The position numbers were made by a program, and so were the translations under genes. This document shows positions 1-10,001 of a DNA stretch of 64,000 nt, piece after piece. How positions within the stretch are numbered: position 1 is the stretch's first letter; each line of letters opens with the position of its first letter. The stretch lies in the NCBI GenBank assembly GCA_963666055.2, contig CAXWPH010000015.1, positions 576,001-640,000 of the forward strand, read 5' to 3'. The notes under the pieces are model-generated. The model had not been told where the DNA came from, did not search any database, and saw nothing but the letters and a program-made list of their open reading frames with translations. The stretch comes from Acidobacteriota bacterium (GTDB taxonomy: Bacteria > Acidobacteriota > UBA890 > WLXD01).

Positions 1-190
1 TGCCATCGTCCAGGAAAGCCAACACCGCAGATGGCCCCAAATTGCCGTAACCCTTCGGGCGACAGGGGGTTGCGCGCGTATCCTGCGTCGTTCCTCGTCA
101 ACGATGGGCTAACCATCGCCTCCTCCTCTCTCCTTGCCTCCACTTCGCAAGACCCTGTCGCCAGACCCACCACACTTTCACCACGGCCTG
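1..190 (-). mobile_element. Family A MITE-like element, cut by window start
   Basis: Reverse complement aligns with 40940-41130; TIR at 162-190; bounded by CTAG 191-194, which contains the TAG stop of the adjacent gene. Confidence 0.9.
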
Positions 191-1177
191 CTAGCGAGCG
201 CTCGGAGTTAGCCGCAGCCCGTTGACGCGGCCGTCCAGATCCCACGCAGGATCGATCTCGATTCCCAGATGCGCCAGCGCCGTTACTGAAACGTCGACGA
301 TGTGGGGCGTCGCAGTCAACGCGCTCGGATCGGCGGAGGGACCGCTGACCAGGTAGTAGATGGTGAGCTCCTTCTCCGAGTTCTCGCCGTGGCCGCCGTC
401 GTCGCGGCGCCCATGATCGGTGCTCGAGAGAATCAGCCAGTCCTCCTGATCATAGGTCGGCCGCGCCCGCACGGCGGCCAACAGCTCACCCAGCTGACCA
501 TCGGCGCGCTCGATGGCGGCTCGGTACTCCGGTGCCAGGGAGCTCGTCTCGTGAGCCACCTCGTCGGTGTTGCCCAACGAAACGAAAGTGGCGTCGGGAT
601 CGGCGGTGCGCAGGTAGTGGGCGGCAATCGCCACCGCCTCGGTGTCGGCATCGAAATAACCCATCGTGCCGCCATCGATGTTTACCATCACGTCCACGTT
701 GCGGCTGATCATCGGGCCGCCGTCGGCCGTGGTCCCCATAACCGGCCAGTTGATCACCGTGTAGGTGTTGATCTCCGGGCGCACCTGCTCGATGCGAGTC
801 AGGAAGTCGGGGTACTCGGCATAATGGTTGCCGGTGAACACGTTGCTCTCGACTCCGTGTTTGTCCATCCACACGCCGGTCACCATGCTCGACCAACCAG
901 GGCCACTGACGGTGATCGGGCGGGTGCGGGCACTGGCCGAGAAGGCACCCGCGGCGATCAGCGCGTCGAAGTTGGGAGTATCTGCTTGCTCGAGGATGTC
1001 GACGCGAATCCCATCGAAGCCGATCAGCAGGACCTTCTTGCGTGCTTGCGCGGCCGACCGGGGCGCGGTGACATCTACGGCACCGGTACCGGCGGCGTCT
1101 TGCGAGGGTGAGGATGGCACGCTCGCCAGTGTGCCGACTACGAGCAGGAGCGGCGCGAGGAAGGCACGAGCAAACAT
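191..1177 (-). CDS. Secreted alkaline phosphatase superfamily protein (nucleotide pyrophosphatase/phosphodiesterase-like)
   Basis: Signal peptide; GFDG, TVSGPGW, DEVAH and TDHG motifs. Confidence 0.85.
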   Translation of the reverse strand: MFARAFLAPLLLVVGTLASVPSSPSQDAAGTGAVDVTAPRSAAQARKKVLLIGFDGIRVDILEQADTPNFDALIAAGAFSASARTRPITVSGPGWSSMVTGVWMDKHGVESNVFTGNHYAEYPDFLTRIEQVRPEINTYTVINWPVMGTTADGGPMISRNVDVMVNIDGGTMGYFDADTEAVAIAAHYLRTADPDATFVSLGNTDEVAHETSSLAPEYRAAIERADGQLGELLAAVRARPTYDQEDWLILSSTDHGRRDDGGHGENSEKELTIYYLVSGPSADPSALTATPHIVDVSVTALAHLGIEIDPAWDLDGRVNGLRLTPSAR

Positions 1178-1281
1178 CGAACACTCCCGGGTTATGCGGT
1201 CTCAGGCGTCCATCCTATCGGATGTGCGGCACGACATGCTGGGCGAGCCGCACCCGTCGACCCAGGCAGCAGCATGACCCT

Positions 1282-2982
1282 CTACCAGAGCTTGTCGACC
1301 TCATCGGTGAGACCGGTCATCTCCCAGTGGATCAGGGCGAACGGGATCTCCCCCAGGGCGAACATCTCGTCGAGGAACTCACCGAAGTCGAACTCGTCGC
1401 CAAGTTGCCTGGCACGCGCGGTGAGGAGCTTCTCGAACTGGGTCGCGCCGAGTGTGTAGGCAAGCTCGTATCCCGGCGCGCGAACGGCGTCCCGCTTGTG
1501 GTCCCACATGGTGAAGCTGTCGGGGATGGCCCACTGGAACGGGCTCATTTCGGCGTCGTACTTGGTCCAGCCAGCGTAGTCGTGCTCGTTCGCCTGGAAC
1601 TTCAGATCGCCCATTCCGCGCGCGTCGCGATAGGCGGCGGTGATATAGACCAGCTCCCTCACTCTGGGCCGCTCGTCGGCGATCCCGCCGTTCATCAAGA
1701 TCTCCGCGAGGCCGGACGCGTATCCCTCCCGGCGAGTGTGGGTCATCTCGTGGAGCCGTCGGGCAACCCGGATCGGAGACAGATGATCCTTGGGTCGGAG
1801 GACGTCGAGCTGATGACCCATGTTCTCGTGCACGACCTCGTCCAGCGGGAAGAGGAATCTGACCCGCTCGGCAAGATCCATCGGATCGCTCTCCGTTCCA
1901 AAGGCCTTGCGCAACGGCGGCGACATGTCCAGCCCTGCGAGCTCGGCGGCCAAGCCCAGGTACCCGCCCCAGCGGAAGAACTCCACCAGATCATTGCCGG
2001 CCTCGGTATACCCGCCGAGGTACTCGGCCTCGGTCGCAGCCGGCTCGAGCGGGGCCAGGTCACGGTTGCGATAGCGCTCCAGTTCGAGGGCCGACATCGA
2101 CCGGTCGTACCTGCTGCTCAGAATGGCCCAGGCCTCGTCCGACGTGTACGGCACCAACCAGACGTTCTTCAGCCACCAGTCGAAGTTCTCGCTACCGACC
2201 CCCGTTGGGGCGGTCATGCGGTCGAGGTTGGCCGCTATCCAGGCACGGTAATCTTGCACTGCCACCCACGCGGCCTGCGCGTCGGGTACCGCCTCCGGGT
2301 GGTATTCCTTCATGAGCTCCACCAGGTCCTGTAACAGCACCCCCTCCTCGTCCACGGAGCGGATGCCGAGTACGGCCATATCGTGCTTGGCCTCTTCGAG
2401 CACGATGTTGGTCTTGCCCTGCGCGAGGATCCTAGGCAGCGCTCGGAGCCTCACCCGGTAGGCTCCGAGCTCGTCCTCGGACAGCGGCATCAAGGGCCGC
2501 GCCGAGAACCCGTAGCGAGCGATAGAGCCCGCCTCTTCGCCGACCTCCTCGCCAGACGGCTGTCTGCTCGAGAAGCCATAGAACGGCATGCCGGTGGAGG
2601 TGGGAGAACCCCAGTAGAAATCGGGGCTAGTGGACCAGGGCTTCATCACCCGGTGGTAGAACTCCAGACCGTTCATCTCGGCGCGCACCAGGTGGTAGTC
2701 GATCTGCTGCGAGACCGGCCAGGCGCTGATGTCGAACGAAGCCAGTCGTCGCTGGTACTCGCGGAGCTCGCGGTACTGGCGCTCCATTGCCTGGACCGAG
2801 TAGTCGGGTACTCCGTCGGTCAGCGTCGGCTCGTGGAATCCGCGGAACTCCTCGAACAACGCGGTCAGGTCGCGATAGCTGCCAGTCTGAGCTCTGCCCT
2901 CGGCCGCCTCGGATGCCCCGCTCGCAAGGGAGACCAGGCTCACGGCGACTAACAAGGGCAACGTACCGCATCTTCTGCGCAT
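1282..2982 (-). CDS. Secreted DUF885-like putative metallopeptidase
   Basis: Start MRRRCGTL after GGAG; HENMGH and REGYASGLAE motifs; paralog of 3861-5500. Confidence 0.75.
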   Translation of the reverse strand: MRRRCGTLPLLVAVSLVSLASGASEAAEGRAQTGSYRDLTALFEEFRGFHEPTLTDGVPDYSVQAMERQYRELREYQRRLASFDISAWPVSQQIDYHLVRAEMNGLEFYHRVMKPWSTSPDFYWGSPTSTGMPFYGFSSRQPSGEEVGEEAGSIARYGFSARPLMPLSEDELGAYRVRLRALPRILAQGKTNIVLEEAKHDMAVLGIRSVDEEGVLLQDLVELMKEYHPEAVPDAQAAWVAVQDYRAWIAANLDRMTAPTGVGSENFDWWLKNVWLVPYTSDEAWAILSSRYDRSMSALELERYRNRDLAPLEPAATEAEYLGGYTEAGNDLVEFFRWGGYLGLAAELAGLDMSPPLRKAFGTESDPMDLAERVRFLFPLDEVVHENMGHQLDVLRPKDHLSPIRVARRLHEMTHTRREGYASGLAEILMNGGIADERPRVRELVYITAAYRDARGMGDLKFQANEHDYAGWTKYDAEMSPFQWAIPDSFTMWDHKRDAVRAPGYELAYTLGATQFEKLLTARARQLGDEFDFGEFLDEMFALGEIPFALIHWEMTGLTDEVDKLW

Positions 2983-3015
2983 GACGGTCTCCTGCGATCG
3001 GTTGAGCTGGCGCGG

Positions 3016-3044
3016 ATCATACGCAGTGGCCGGCACGATCTCAC
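3016..3044 (-). promoter_or_regulatory. Sigma70-like promoter GTGAGA-N17-TATGAT
   Basis: Conserved at the same position upstream of both DUF885-like paralogs. Confidence 0.55.
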
Positions 3045-3159
3045 GCCCAAGCGGATCTTTCCCGCTGTCGCGCTGAGCGCAGCGGCCAGCACATTGTGCG
3101 CCAGCTTGCCGTGCTCTACGGTGAGCTGTCTGCCCTCGTCGTCGTCGCGGAGCCCAAGC

Positions 3160-3762
3160 ATGACCTTCCAACTTGTCGTTGCGATCGGCGCCTTGCTGGC
3201 GTTTTCCCTGCCGGGCGCACCGTCGAGCTTGCTGCCACAAGCGGAGCAACTGCGAGTTCGTATCGAGACCGACCTGGGTGCTTTCGAGGTGGAGCTCGAG
3301 GCGTCCCGTGCGCCGGGGACCGTGGCCAACTTCCTACGCTACGTCGACGCTAGCCTATACCGCGGCGGACGCTTTCATCGCACTGTGACGCTCGACAACC
3401 AGGTCCGCGACGATGTCCTGATCGAGGTGATCCAGGCGGGCCCGAATCCGGATGACGGGGAAGGATTCGACCCCATCGCGTTGGAACGCACCCGAAATAC
3501 CGGCTTGCGCCACCTTGACGGAACCATCTCCATGGGGCGTGGTGGCCCGGACAGCGCTACCGGCGACTTTTTCATTTGCATCGGTGAGCAACCGTCGCTG
3601 GATTTCGGAGGTACCCGCAACAACGACGGCCAGGGGTTCGCGGCCTTCGGGCAGGTGGTATCGGGAATGGACGTGGTGCGCCGTATCCATCAATCGCCCG
3701 CCGACGAGGGCGAGAGCCTGCAGCCGCCGATCACCATCGAACGGATCAGCCGGGTCGACTGA
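3160..3762 (+). CDS. Cyclophilin-type peptidyl-prolyl isomerase, secreted
   Basis: APGTVANFLRY, FHR, IQAG, H-x-DGTISMGR, FFI and FGQVVSGMDVV motifs; signal peptide. Confidence 0.92.
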   Translation: MTFQLVVAIGALLAFSLPGAPSSLLPQAEQLRVRIETDLGAFEVELEASRAPGTVANFLRYVDASLYRGGRFHRTVTLDNQVRDDVLIEVIQAGPNPDDGEGFDPIALERTRNTGLRHLDGTISMGRGGPDSATGDFFICIGEQPSLDFGGTRNNDGQGFAAFGQVVSGMDVVRRIHQSPADEGESLQPPITIERISRVD

Positions 3763-3860
3763 GCAGGCACTTTCGCACCCAGCTAGCGCAGCCGACTCCA
3801 ACAACGTCGCTTCGGGCGCAGCAGGCCGGTAACCCAACGAGCTATTGCGGCCATCTCTGG

Positions 3861-5500
3861 CTACCAGAGCTTGTCGACCTCGTCGGTGAGACCGGTCACC
3901 TCCCAGTGCACCAGCGCCAGCGGAATCACACCCGACTCGAGCACCGCGTCGACGAAGTCGGGCAATGCGAGCTCGTCGCCCCACAGGCGCGCCAGGTCCG
4001 CCAAGATCTTGTCGAGTTGAGCTCGGCCCAGCGGATAGGCGACCTCGTACCCGGGCGCGCGCACGCCGTCGCGCTTGTGGTCCCACATCGTTTCGCTGTC
4101 GGCGGCCGCCCAGCCGTACGGTGTTAGCTCGGCCTCCAGCATCGTCGAGCCGGCATAGTCGAGCTTGTTGGCGATGAACATCAGCTCGCCCATGGCGCGG
4201 GCGCCTTCGTGGGCGAAGTTGACGAGCTGCATCTCCCGGGCTCTCGGATTATCGCTGTAGAGGCCGGCGTGCATCAGCATCTCTTCCAGTCCGCTGGCGA
4301 ACCCCTCTCTACGAGGGTGGGTCATCTCGTAGAGGCGCCGGGTCGCACGTATCGGAGAGCGATGGTCCCGGGAGCGCATCAAATCGAGAACGTGACCCGT
4401 GTCCTCGTGGATGATCGCCTGCATCGGATTGCGCGACGAGACCTGAGTAAAGAAACCCATCGGCTCGCCGATCCAGTCGGCCGACGGCGGCGTCGCCCCG
4501 ACCGACTCGAACTCGCTGGCCAGGTTGGAGAAACCGCCCTCCCGGAGGAACCGGAGCAGATAGCTCGCGGCGTCGTTGTAGCGCTGGAGATACTCCTCCT
4601 CGGTGGCAGCGGGCTCGAGTGGCGGCAGGTGACGGTTGCGGAATTGCTCGAGCTTCAGCTGCGCCAGGTTGCGTTCGTACTCGCGACTTGCGATCGTCCA
4701 GGCTTCGTCCCACGTGTGGGGAACCAACCACACGTTCTTGAGCCACCAGTCGAAATTCTCGGCTCCGACGCCGGAAGGCTCGTCCATGCGGTCGAGGTTG
4801 TCGGCAATCCAGGCCCGGTAATCCCTCACCGCCTCCCAAGCACCCTGGGTGACGGCGACCAGATCGGGGTGATGCTGCCGCATACCCTCGACCAGGTCCT
4901 GCAGCAGCATGCCCTCCTTATCCATGGACCGGAGCCCGAGCAGTGCCAAGTCGTGCTTGGCCTCGTCGATGATGATGTTGCGCTTGCCCTGCGCCAGGAT
5001 CTTCGGGAGCGCCCGGAGTCGCGACCCATAGGCCTCGACCTGCTCCTCGTCGAGCGGCAGCTCCGGCATGGCCGAGATGCCGTAGCGTGAAGCCGAGAAC
5101 CCATAGAAGGGGGAGCCGGTTGAGGTTGGCGAGAGAAGTCCGGGCTAGTCGACCACGGCTTCGTCACCCGGTGATAGAACTCCAGCCCGTTCATCTCAGC
5201 GCGAACCAGGTGGTAATCGATCTGCTGGTCGATTGGCCAGCCGCTGATATCGAAGTCCGCCAGACGCCGTTGGTACTCGCCCAGCTCGCGATGCTGGCGC
5301 TCCATTGCCGCCGCCGTGTAGTCGGGGACCCCGTCGTTGACCACGGGCTCGTGGAAAACCCGGAAATCGTCAAACAACGTCAACAGATCTCGGTATCGGC
5401 CACCCTGAGCTCGGCTCCCGGCCGCCTCGGAGCCGCCACTCGCGAGGGCGAGCGCGCTCACGGCTACCAGCAAGAATGTTGAGCCGGATCTTCTGCGCAT
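3861..5500 (-). pseudogene. DUF885-like paralog, frameshifted near 5132
   Basis: ORFs 4826-5572 and 3861-5069 each match part of the intact paralog; codons for YWG are reduced to 2 nt (net 7-nt loss). Confidence 0.8.
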
Positions 5501-5530
5501 GACGCCTCCGGGTTGATTGAGCTCCGGTGG

Positions 5531-5559
5531 ATCATATGCAGCCGCCGACGCGATCTCAA
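5531..5559 (-). promoter_or_regulatory. Sigma70-like promoter TTGAGA-N17-TATGAT
   Basis: Near-consensus boxes, 17-nt spacer, conserved with 3016-3044. Confidence 0.65.
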
Positions 5560-5620
5560 AACGTGCCGCCAACCCGTCGGCCCTTTGGCGGCTCGAAGTC
5601 CTCTGTGTACAGCATGGCGT

Positions 5621-5760
5621 TAATACATAGTAATAGTTAGTTTTAGATAGATATTCATGTTATTAGTGGTTATTACATCTTATTTACTGCAATTAAATCT
5701 AAAAAGTTTGTTCCAGTGCTTTATGGCTTTTATATCCCTGACTTGCTTTGTTAAAGTGCA
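5621..5760. other. AT-rich non-coding island
   Basis: 17 G/C in the 80 nt 5621-5700 (about 21% GC) within a high-GC window. Confidence 0.85.
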
Positions 5761-5800
5761 CTCTGGAATCTGACTTTCACTACCCACGGAGTCTTTCTCC

Positions 5801-6835
5801 ATGGCGTTTCCTGTTCGCGCTCGTGCTTTGGCAAGCGCTGTCCGACCCGAACTGCTCATCGTTTTTGCGCTGTTCGCAATCACCGGCATCCTGGATCGGA
5901 TTGGCGTGCATCAGATTATCGTTCTGAACGGCTTCTATCTGCCGGTCGTTCTTGCCGCGTACTTCTTCGGCCGGGCGCGCGCTGTCGTCACATCCACCGC
6001 CTCCGTCCTGCTGGTGACTTGGTATGCGTTGTCGATTCCCGGGTCGTTCGAGATCGGCGCCAACGCCGGGCTAGACAAGTGGCTCGGTATCACCTTCTGG
6101 GGCAGCTTGTTGACCTTGATCGCGGCGGCGATGGGCCATCTGTACGACGTCAAGCGTGAGGCCTTCGGCGAGCTGCAGCACGCCTACAACGGCATCGTCG
6201 AGATCATGTCGAAGTTCATCGACACCGCCGACAAGTACACCCAGGCGCACTCTGTGCGAGTTTCGCTCTACGCCTCCGCCATCGGTCGCCGCATGGGTCT
6301 GGCCGACCAAGAGGTCGAGGACATACGGGTCGCCGCGCTGCTGCACGATATTGGCAAGATCGATGTCAGCGTCGACCTGCTCAAGAAAGTCGGAGGCCTG
6401 AAGCCGGAAGAGTGGCGTCAATTACGCCAACATGCGGCCCACGGCGCCTTGATGGTAGACCGCGTGGGAGGCGCCCTGCGCTCCGCCGTGCCGCTGATCA
6501 TGTACCACCACGAGCGCATGGACGGCAGCGGCTACAACGGCCTGAAGGGTGAGGACATTCCGCTCGGCGCTCGCATCATCGCCGTCGCCGACGCCTTCGA
6601 TGCAATGACCACGGACCGACCGTATCGCCGCGCCCTCGACCGGCAGTTTGCCTGCGGAGTTCTGCAGGAGGGTGCCGGCACCCAGTTCGACGAAGATGTC
6701 GTGGTCGCCTTCCTGGCGACGCTCGACGACCCCGAGGAAGGGCTCCACGACATCCTGGAGCCGCCGGAATTGCACAGCGACCGGCCGCGACTCGTGGCAT
6801 TAGCGGGCGGCGCACCAGAAGCCAAGGCCAGCTAG
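5801..6835 (+). CDS. Membrane-bound HD-GYP domain phosphodiesterase
   Basis: N-terminal hydrophobic helices; YTQAHSVRV, HDIGK, HHERMDGSGY and DAMTTDRPYR motifs. Confidence 0.9.
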   Translation: MAFPVRARALASAVRPELLIVFALFAITGILDRIGVHQIIVLNGFYLPVVLAAYFFGRARAVVTSTASVLLVTWYALSIPGSFEIGANAGLDKWLGITFWGSLLTLIAAAMGHLYDVKREAFGELQHAYNGIVEIMSKFIDTADKYTQAHSVRVSLYASAIGRRMGLADQEVEDIRVAALLHDIGKIDVSVDLLKKVGGLKPEEWRQLRQHAAHGALMVDRVGGALRSAVPLIMYHHERMDGSGYNGLKGEDIPLGARIIAVADAFDAMTTDRPYRRALDRQFACGVLQEGAGTQFDEDVVVAFLATLDDPEEGLHDILEPPELHSDRPRLVALAGGAPEAKAS

Positions 6836-6915
6836 CAACTGGCCGGAGCAGCGGCGGCAAACGCGTGTAGCGCACTGCTAGCGCGCACGTGAAGATCGAG
6901 TGGGTTGGCATTAGC

Positions 6916-6949
6916 CTCGTATACTAGGTATACTTATCTAGTATACGAG
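6916..6949. promoter_or_regulatory. Palindromic operator, probably PadR binding site
   Basis: CTCGTATACTAGGTA-tact-TATCTAGTATACGAG (14/15 inverted repeat) 41 nt upstream of the PadR gene. Confidence 0.7.
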
Positions 6950-6990
6950 AGATAATAATTCCCAGAAGCCGGTGCTGCTTCGGAGCAAAG

Positions 6991-7314
6991 ATGACCAGCC
7001 TTCGCCTCACCTACACGACCGGGGTAGTGCTCCAATCTATCGCCGCCGGCTACCGCTACGGCTTCGACATCATGGATATCTCGGGGTTACCCGACGGCAC
7101 GGTCTATCCGGCCCTACGGCGACTCGAGGATGCCGGCCTGCTGACCTCCGAGTGGGAGGACGAGGCCCGGGCCAGCGCCGAGAAGCGGCCGCAGCGCCGC
7201 TACTACGAGCTCACCGGCGCTGGGGAGCTGATGCTGACGCGAGCCCTCGACGGGTTCCCAGCCTTGCGTCGCGCCGTCGCGGCGGCGTCCGAGGCGCAGG
7301 TCAAGGGCGCCTGA
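6991..7314 (+). CDS. PadR family transcriptional regulator
   Basis: YGFDI, GTVYPALRRLE and RRYYELT winged-helix motifs. Confidence 0.93.
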   Translation: MTSLRLTYTTGVVLQSIAAGYRYGFDIMDISGLPDGTVYPALRRLEDAGLLTSEWEDEARASAEKRPQRRYYELTGAGELMLTRALDGFPALRRAVAAASEAQVKGA

Positions 7315-7316
7315 GC

Positions 7317-10001
7317 GTGGGCTTGAACGTGAAGGTGGACAGCTTCGTCGCTGCCCTCTGCCGCGGACTCGTGCGGAGCTTCGCGCTGCTGGCACCGAGC
7401 GCCGAGCGGGCACGATGGCGCAACGAGTGGCTGGCAGAGATCGAGCACTCCCGCCGTCGCGACAGCCGTCCCGCGATGCTGTTCCGCCGCAGCCTGTTGT
7501 CGGGACGTGACGCGCTCGTGCTGCGCGCGCGGCGCGCCGCCCGACACGTGCCTGGCGCTATGCCGCGGGAGAGCGGCAGCGGTATGTTCGACGAGCTTCG
7601 TCAAGATGTCCGATTCGGTTTTCGATCGCTTTGCAGCTCGCCCGGCTTTGCTGCAGTTGCCGTCTTGACGATGGCGCTCGGAATCGGCGCCACGACGACG
7701 ATCTTCAGCCTGGTCAACGGGATTCTTCTGCGTCCACTTCCCTACGAGAATCCCGATCGGCTGGTGGTGGTGTGGCCCGAGAACTGGTTCTCGACCAACC
7801 TCTACCTGGATATCGAGCCCTTCCTCGATTCCTACGATGCCGCGGCTGGTTTCAACAGCCACAACCACACGCTGCTTACCGCCGACGGAGCGGTCCGGGT
7901 CAAGGGACTGCAGGCCACGGCGCGTTTCTTCGACGTCCTCGGAACGCGAATGCAGCTCGGGCGCGGCTTCGAGCCAGGCGAGGACCGTCCTGGCGACGCC
8001 GTCGTGGTGGTCTCTGACAGCTTCTGGCGAACGGATTTGGAGGCCGACCCAGGCACGATCGGTCGAACGGTGCGACTGGACGGACGCGAGCACACCGTCA
8101 TCGGGGTGCTCCCTCCCGAGTATCAGGTGCTGCAGAACGGTGCCTCGCTGGTCACTCCGTGGCCGCTCGACACCGACTCGCCCAGCGCCTCGTCGCAGGA
8201 CATGAAGCTCATCGCCCGCCTCGCTGAGGGCGTCAGCCCGGCGGCCGCGCTCGAGCAGTTACGCGCCTTCGTGACCTACCTGCACGAGCAGTTCAACTGG
8301 CCCGCCGACTACGGGCGCGACGCCACCATCATGCCGCTGCGCGAGTATCTCGTCGGGTACACGCGCCCGATGCTGCTGTTGCTCTTCGGAGCGGTCGGCC
8401 TGACCCTGTTGATTGCTACCGCGAACGTCGCCAACCTGCTGCTGTCGCGGGCATTGACGCGCCAGCGAGAGATAGCGGTCCGGGTTGCTCTCGGGGCTCG
8501 GCGCGGCCGGTTGATGCGGCAGCTGTTGACCGAGTCGTCGTTGCTCGGCCTGCTTGGCATATTGCCCGGACTAGCGCTGGCGTCTGTGGGGCTCAAAGGC
8601 GTGCTCGCCCTGATGCCTGCGGACGCGCCGCGCATCGAGACCGTCGGACTCGATGGCTCGGTGCTCGCGTTCTCGGCGTTCGTTGCCTTGGCCACCGGCT
8701 GGATCGTCGGCATGATCCCGGCACTCCAAGCGTCGGTCTCCGACGTCCGCGCTACGCTGGCGGCCGGCGGCCGCGGCGGCAGCGAGACCGCCTTGCGGCG
8801 GCGCACCCGCACCGCAGTGGTGCTGGCGGAGGTCGCCTTGGCGGTAACCCTGGTCGCCGGCTCGGGGCTGCTCATCCGGAGCTTTCTGCAGGTAACGCGT
8901 GTCGACCCGGGATTCCGCCCTGACGGGTTGATCACCTTCGACCTACGTCCCGAGGAGGGCAGCATCACCTCGGCCGCCGAGGCCACACAGTACTTCGACC
9001 GCGTCCGTGCGAGTCTCGGCGCCGTACCCGGTGTAGCCGCCGTGAGCGAAGTGTGGAAGGTCCCGTTCAGCGAGGATGGCGGGATCAACGCGTTGTACCG
9101 GGCCGACCGCGAGCGCGACCCGGCCGCGGACCCGCCGTTGGGGCGCTGGCGGCCGGTGAGTTACGACTACTTTGCGACGGCGGGCATCCGGCTCATGCGC
9201 GGCCGCCTGTTTACGGCGGCCGACGACGATGCCACCGAGCCGGTTGCGGTGATCTCCGAGACCGCAGCACGCCAGCTCTTCGGCGCCGACGAGCCACTGG
9301 GGGAGCGCCTGCTGACCTCTGTCGAGAGGGAAACACCGGCCCGCGTGGTGGGCATCGTCGGCGACTTACGGCTACGTGGCCTGGACCAGGAAAGCCCGGC
9401 GGTCGTGTACCGTCCCTACGCCCAGTTGCCGGAGCTGCTGGAGCGTTACGGCTTCTACGGCCGCTGGCTCGTGCTGCGGTTCGACGGCCCGGCACCGCCC
9501 GCGCTGGCGGCCACCATTCGCGACCTCGTTGGCGACATCGATCCCACCGTCCTGGTCGCCGGCTACACCACAATGACCGATGCTATCCGGGGGTCACTGT
9601 CGCAGCGGCGAGTAACGATGACACTGCTGGCGCTCTTCGCCGGTGCGGCGCTGCTGCTAGGAGCAATCGGGATCTACGGCGTCCTCGCCTACACGGCGCG
9701 CAGCCGCCGCCGGGAGTTCGGCATCCGCGTCGCTCTTGGCGCCACCCGCGGTCAGATCGTGCGCGCAGTTCTATCCGATGCACTGTCTCTGGCTCTGCTC
9801 GGGTCGGCCATCGGACTCGGGCTGACCATGCTGCTGTCGAGGGCGCTGGAGAGCTTCCTGTACGACGTCAGCGTCTTCGACCCGTGGGTTCTCGCCGCCT
9901 CCGTCGCCACGACGGCCCTGCTTGCGGTGATGTCGGCGCTGCACCCGGCCATGCGCGCCGGACGCGAGGACCCGGCACGCTCTCTATCGGCGGGTGGGTG
10001 A
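7317..10001 (+). CDS. ADOP family duplicated ABC permease (MacB-PCD/FtsX x2)
   Basis: QDVRFGFRSL, ALGIGATTTIFS, ANVANLLL, REIAVRVALGA and REFGIRVALGA motifs; follows PadR; start codon uncertain. Confidence 0.9.
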   Translation: MGLNVKVDSFVAALCRGLVRSFALLAPSAERARWRNEWLAEIEHSRRRDSRPAMLFRRSLLSGRDALVLRARRAARHVPGAMPRESGSGMFDELRQDVRFGFRSLCSSPGFAAVAVLTMALGIGATTTIFSLVNGILLRPLPYENPDRLVVVWPENWFSTNLYLDIEPFLDSYDAAAGFNSHNHTLLTADGAVRVKGLQATARFFDVLGTRMQLGRGFEPGEDRPGDAVVVVSDSFWRTDLEADPGTIGRTVRLDGREHTVIGVLPPEYQVLQNGASLVTPWPLDTDSPSASSQDMKLIARLAEGVSPAAALEQLRAFVTYLHEQFNWPADYGRDATIMPLREYLVGYTRPMLLLLFGAVGLTLLIATANVANLLLSRALTRQREIAVRVALGARRGRLMRQLLTESSLLGLLGILPGLALASVGLKGVLALMPADAPRIETVGLDGSVLAFSAFVALATGWIVGMIPALQASVSDVRATLAAGGRGGSETALRRRTRTAVVLAEVALAVTLVAGSGLLIRSFLQVTRVDPGFRPDGLITFDLRPEEGSITSAAEATQYFDRVRASLGAVPGVAAVSEVWKVPFSEDGGINALYRADRERDPAADPPLGRWRPVSYDYFATAGIRLMRGRLFTAADDDATEPVAVISETAARQLFGADEPLGERLLTSVERETPARVVGIVGDLRLRGLDQESPAVVYRPYAQLPELLERYGFYGRWLVLRFDGPAPPALAATIRDLVGDIDPTVLVAGYTTMTDAIRGSLSQRRVTMTLLALFAGAALLLGAIGIYGVLAYTARSRRREFGIRVALGATRGQIVRAVLSDALSLALLGSAIGLGLTMLLSRALESFLYDVSVFDPWVLAASVATTALLAVMSALHPAMRAGREDPARSLSAGG

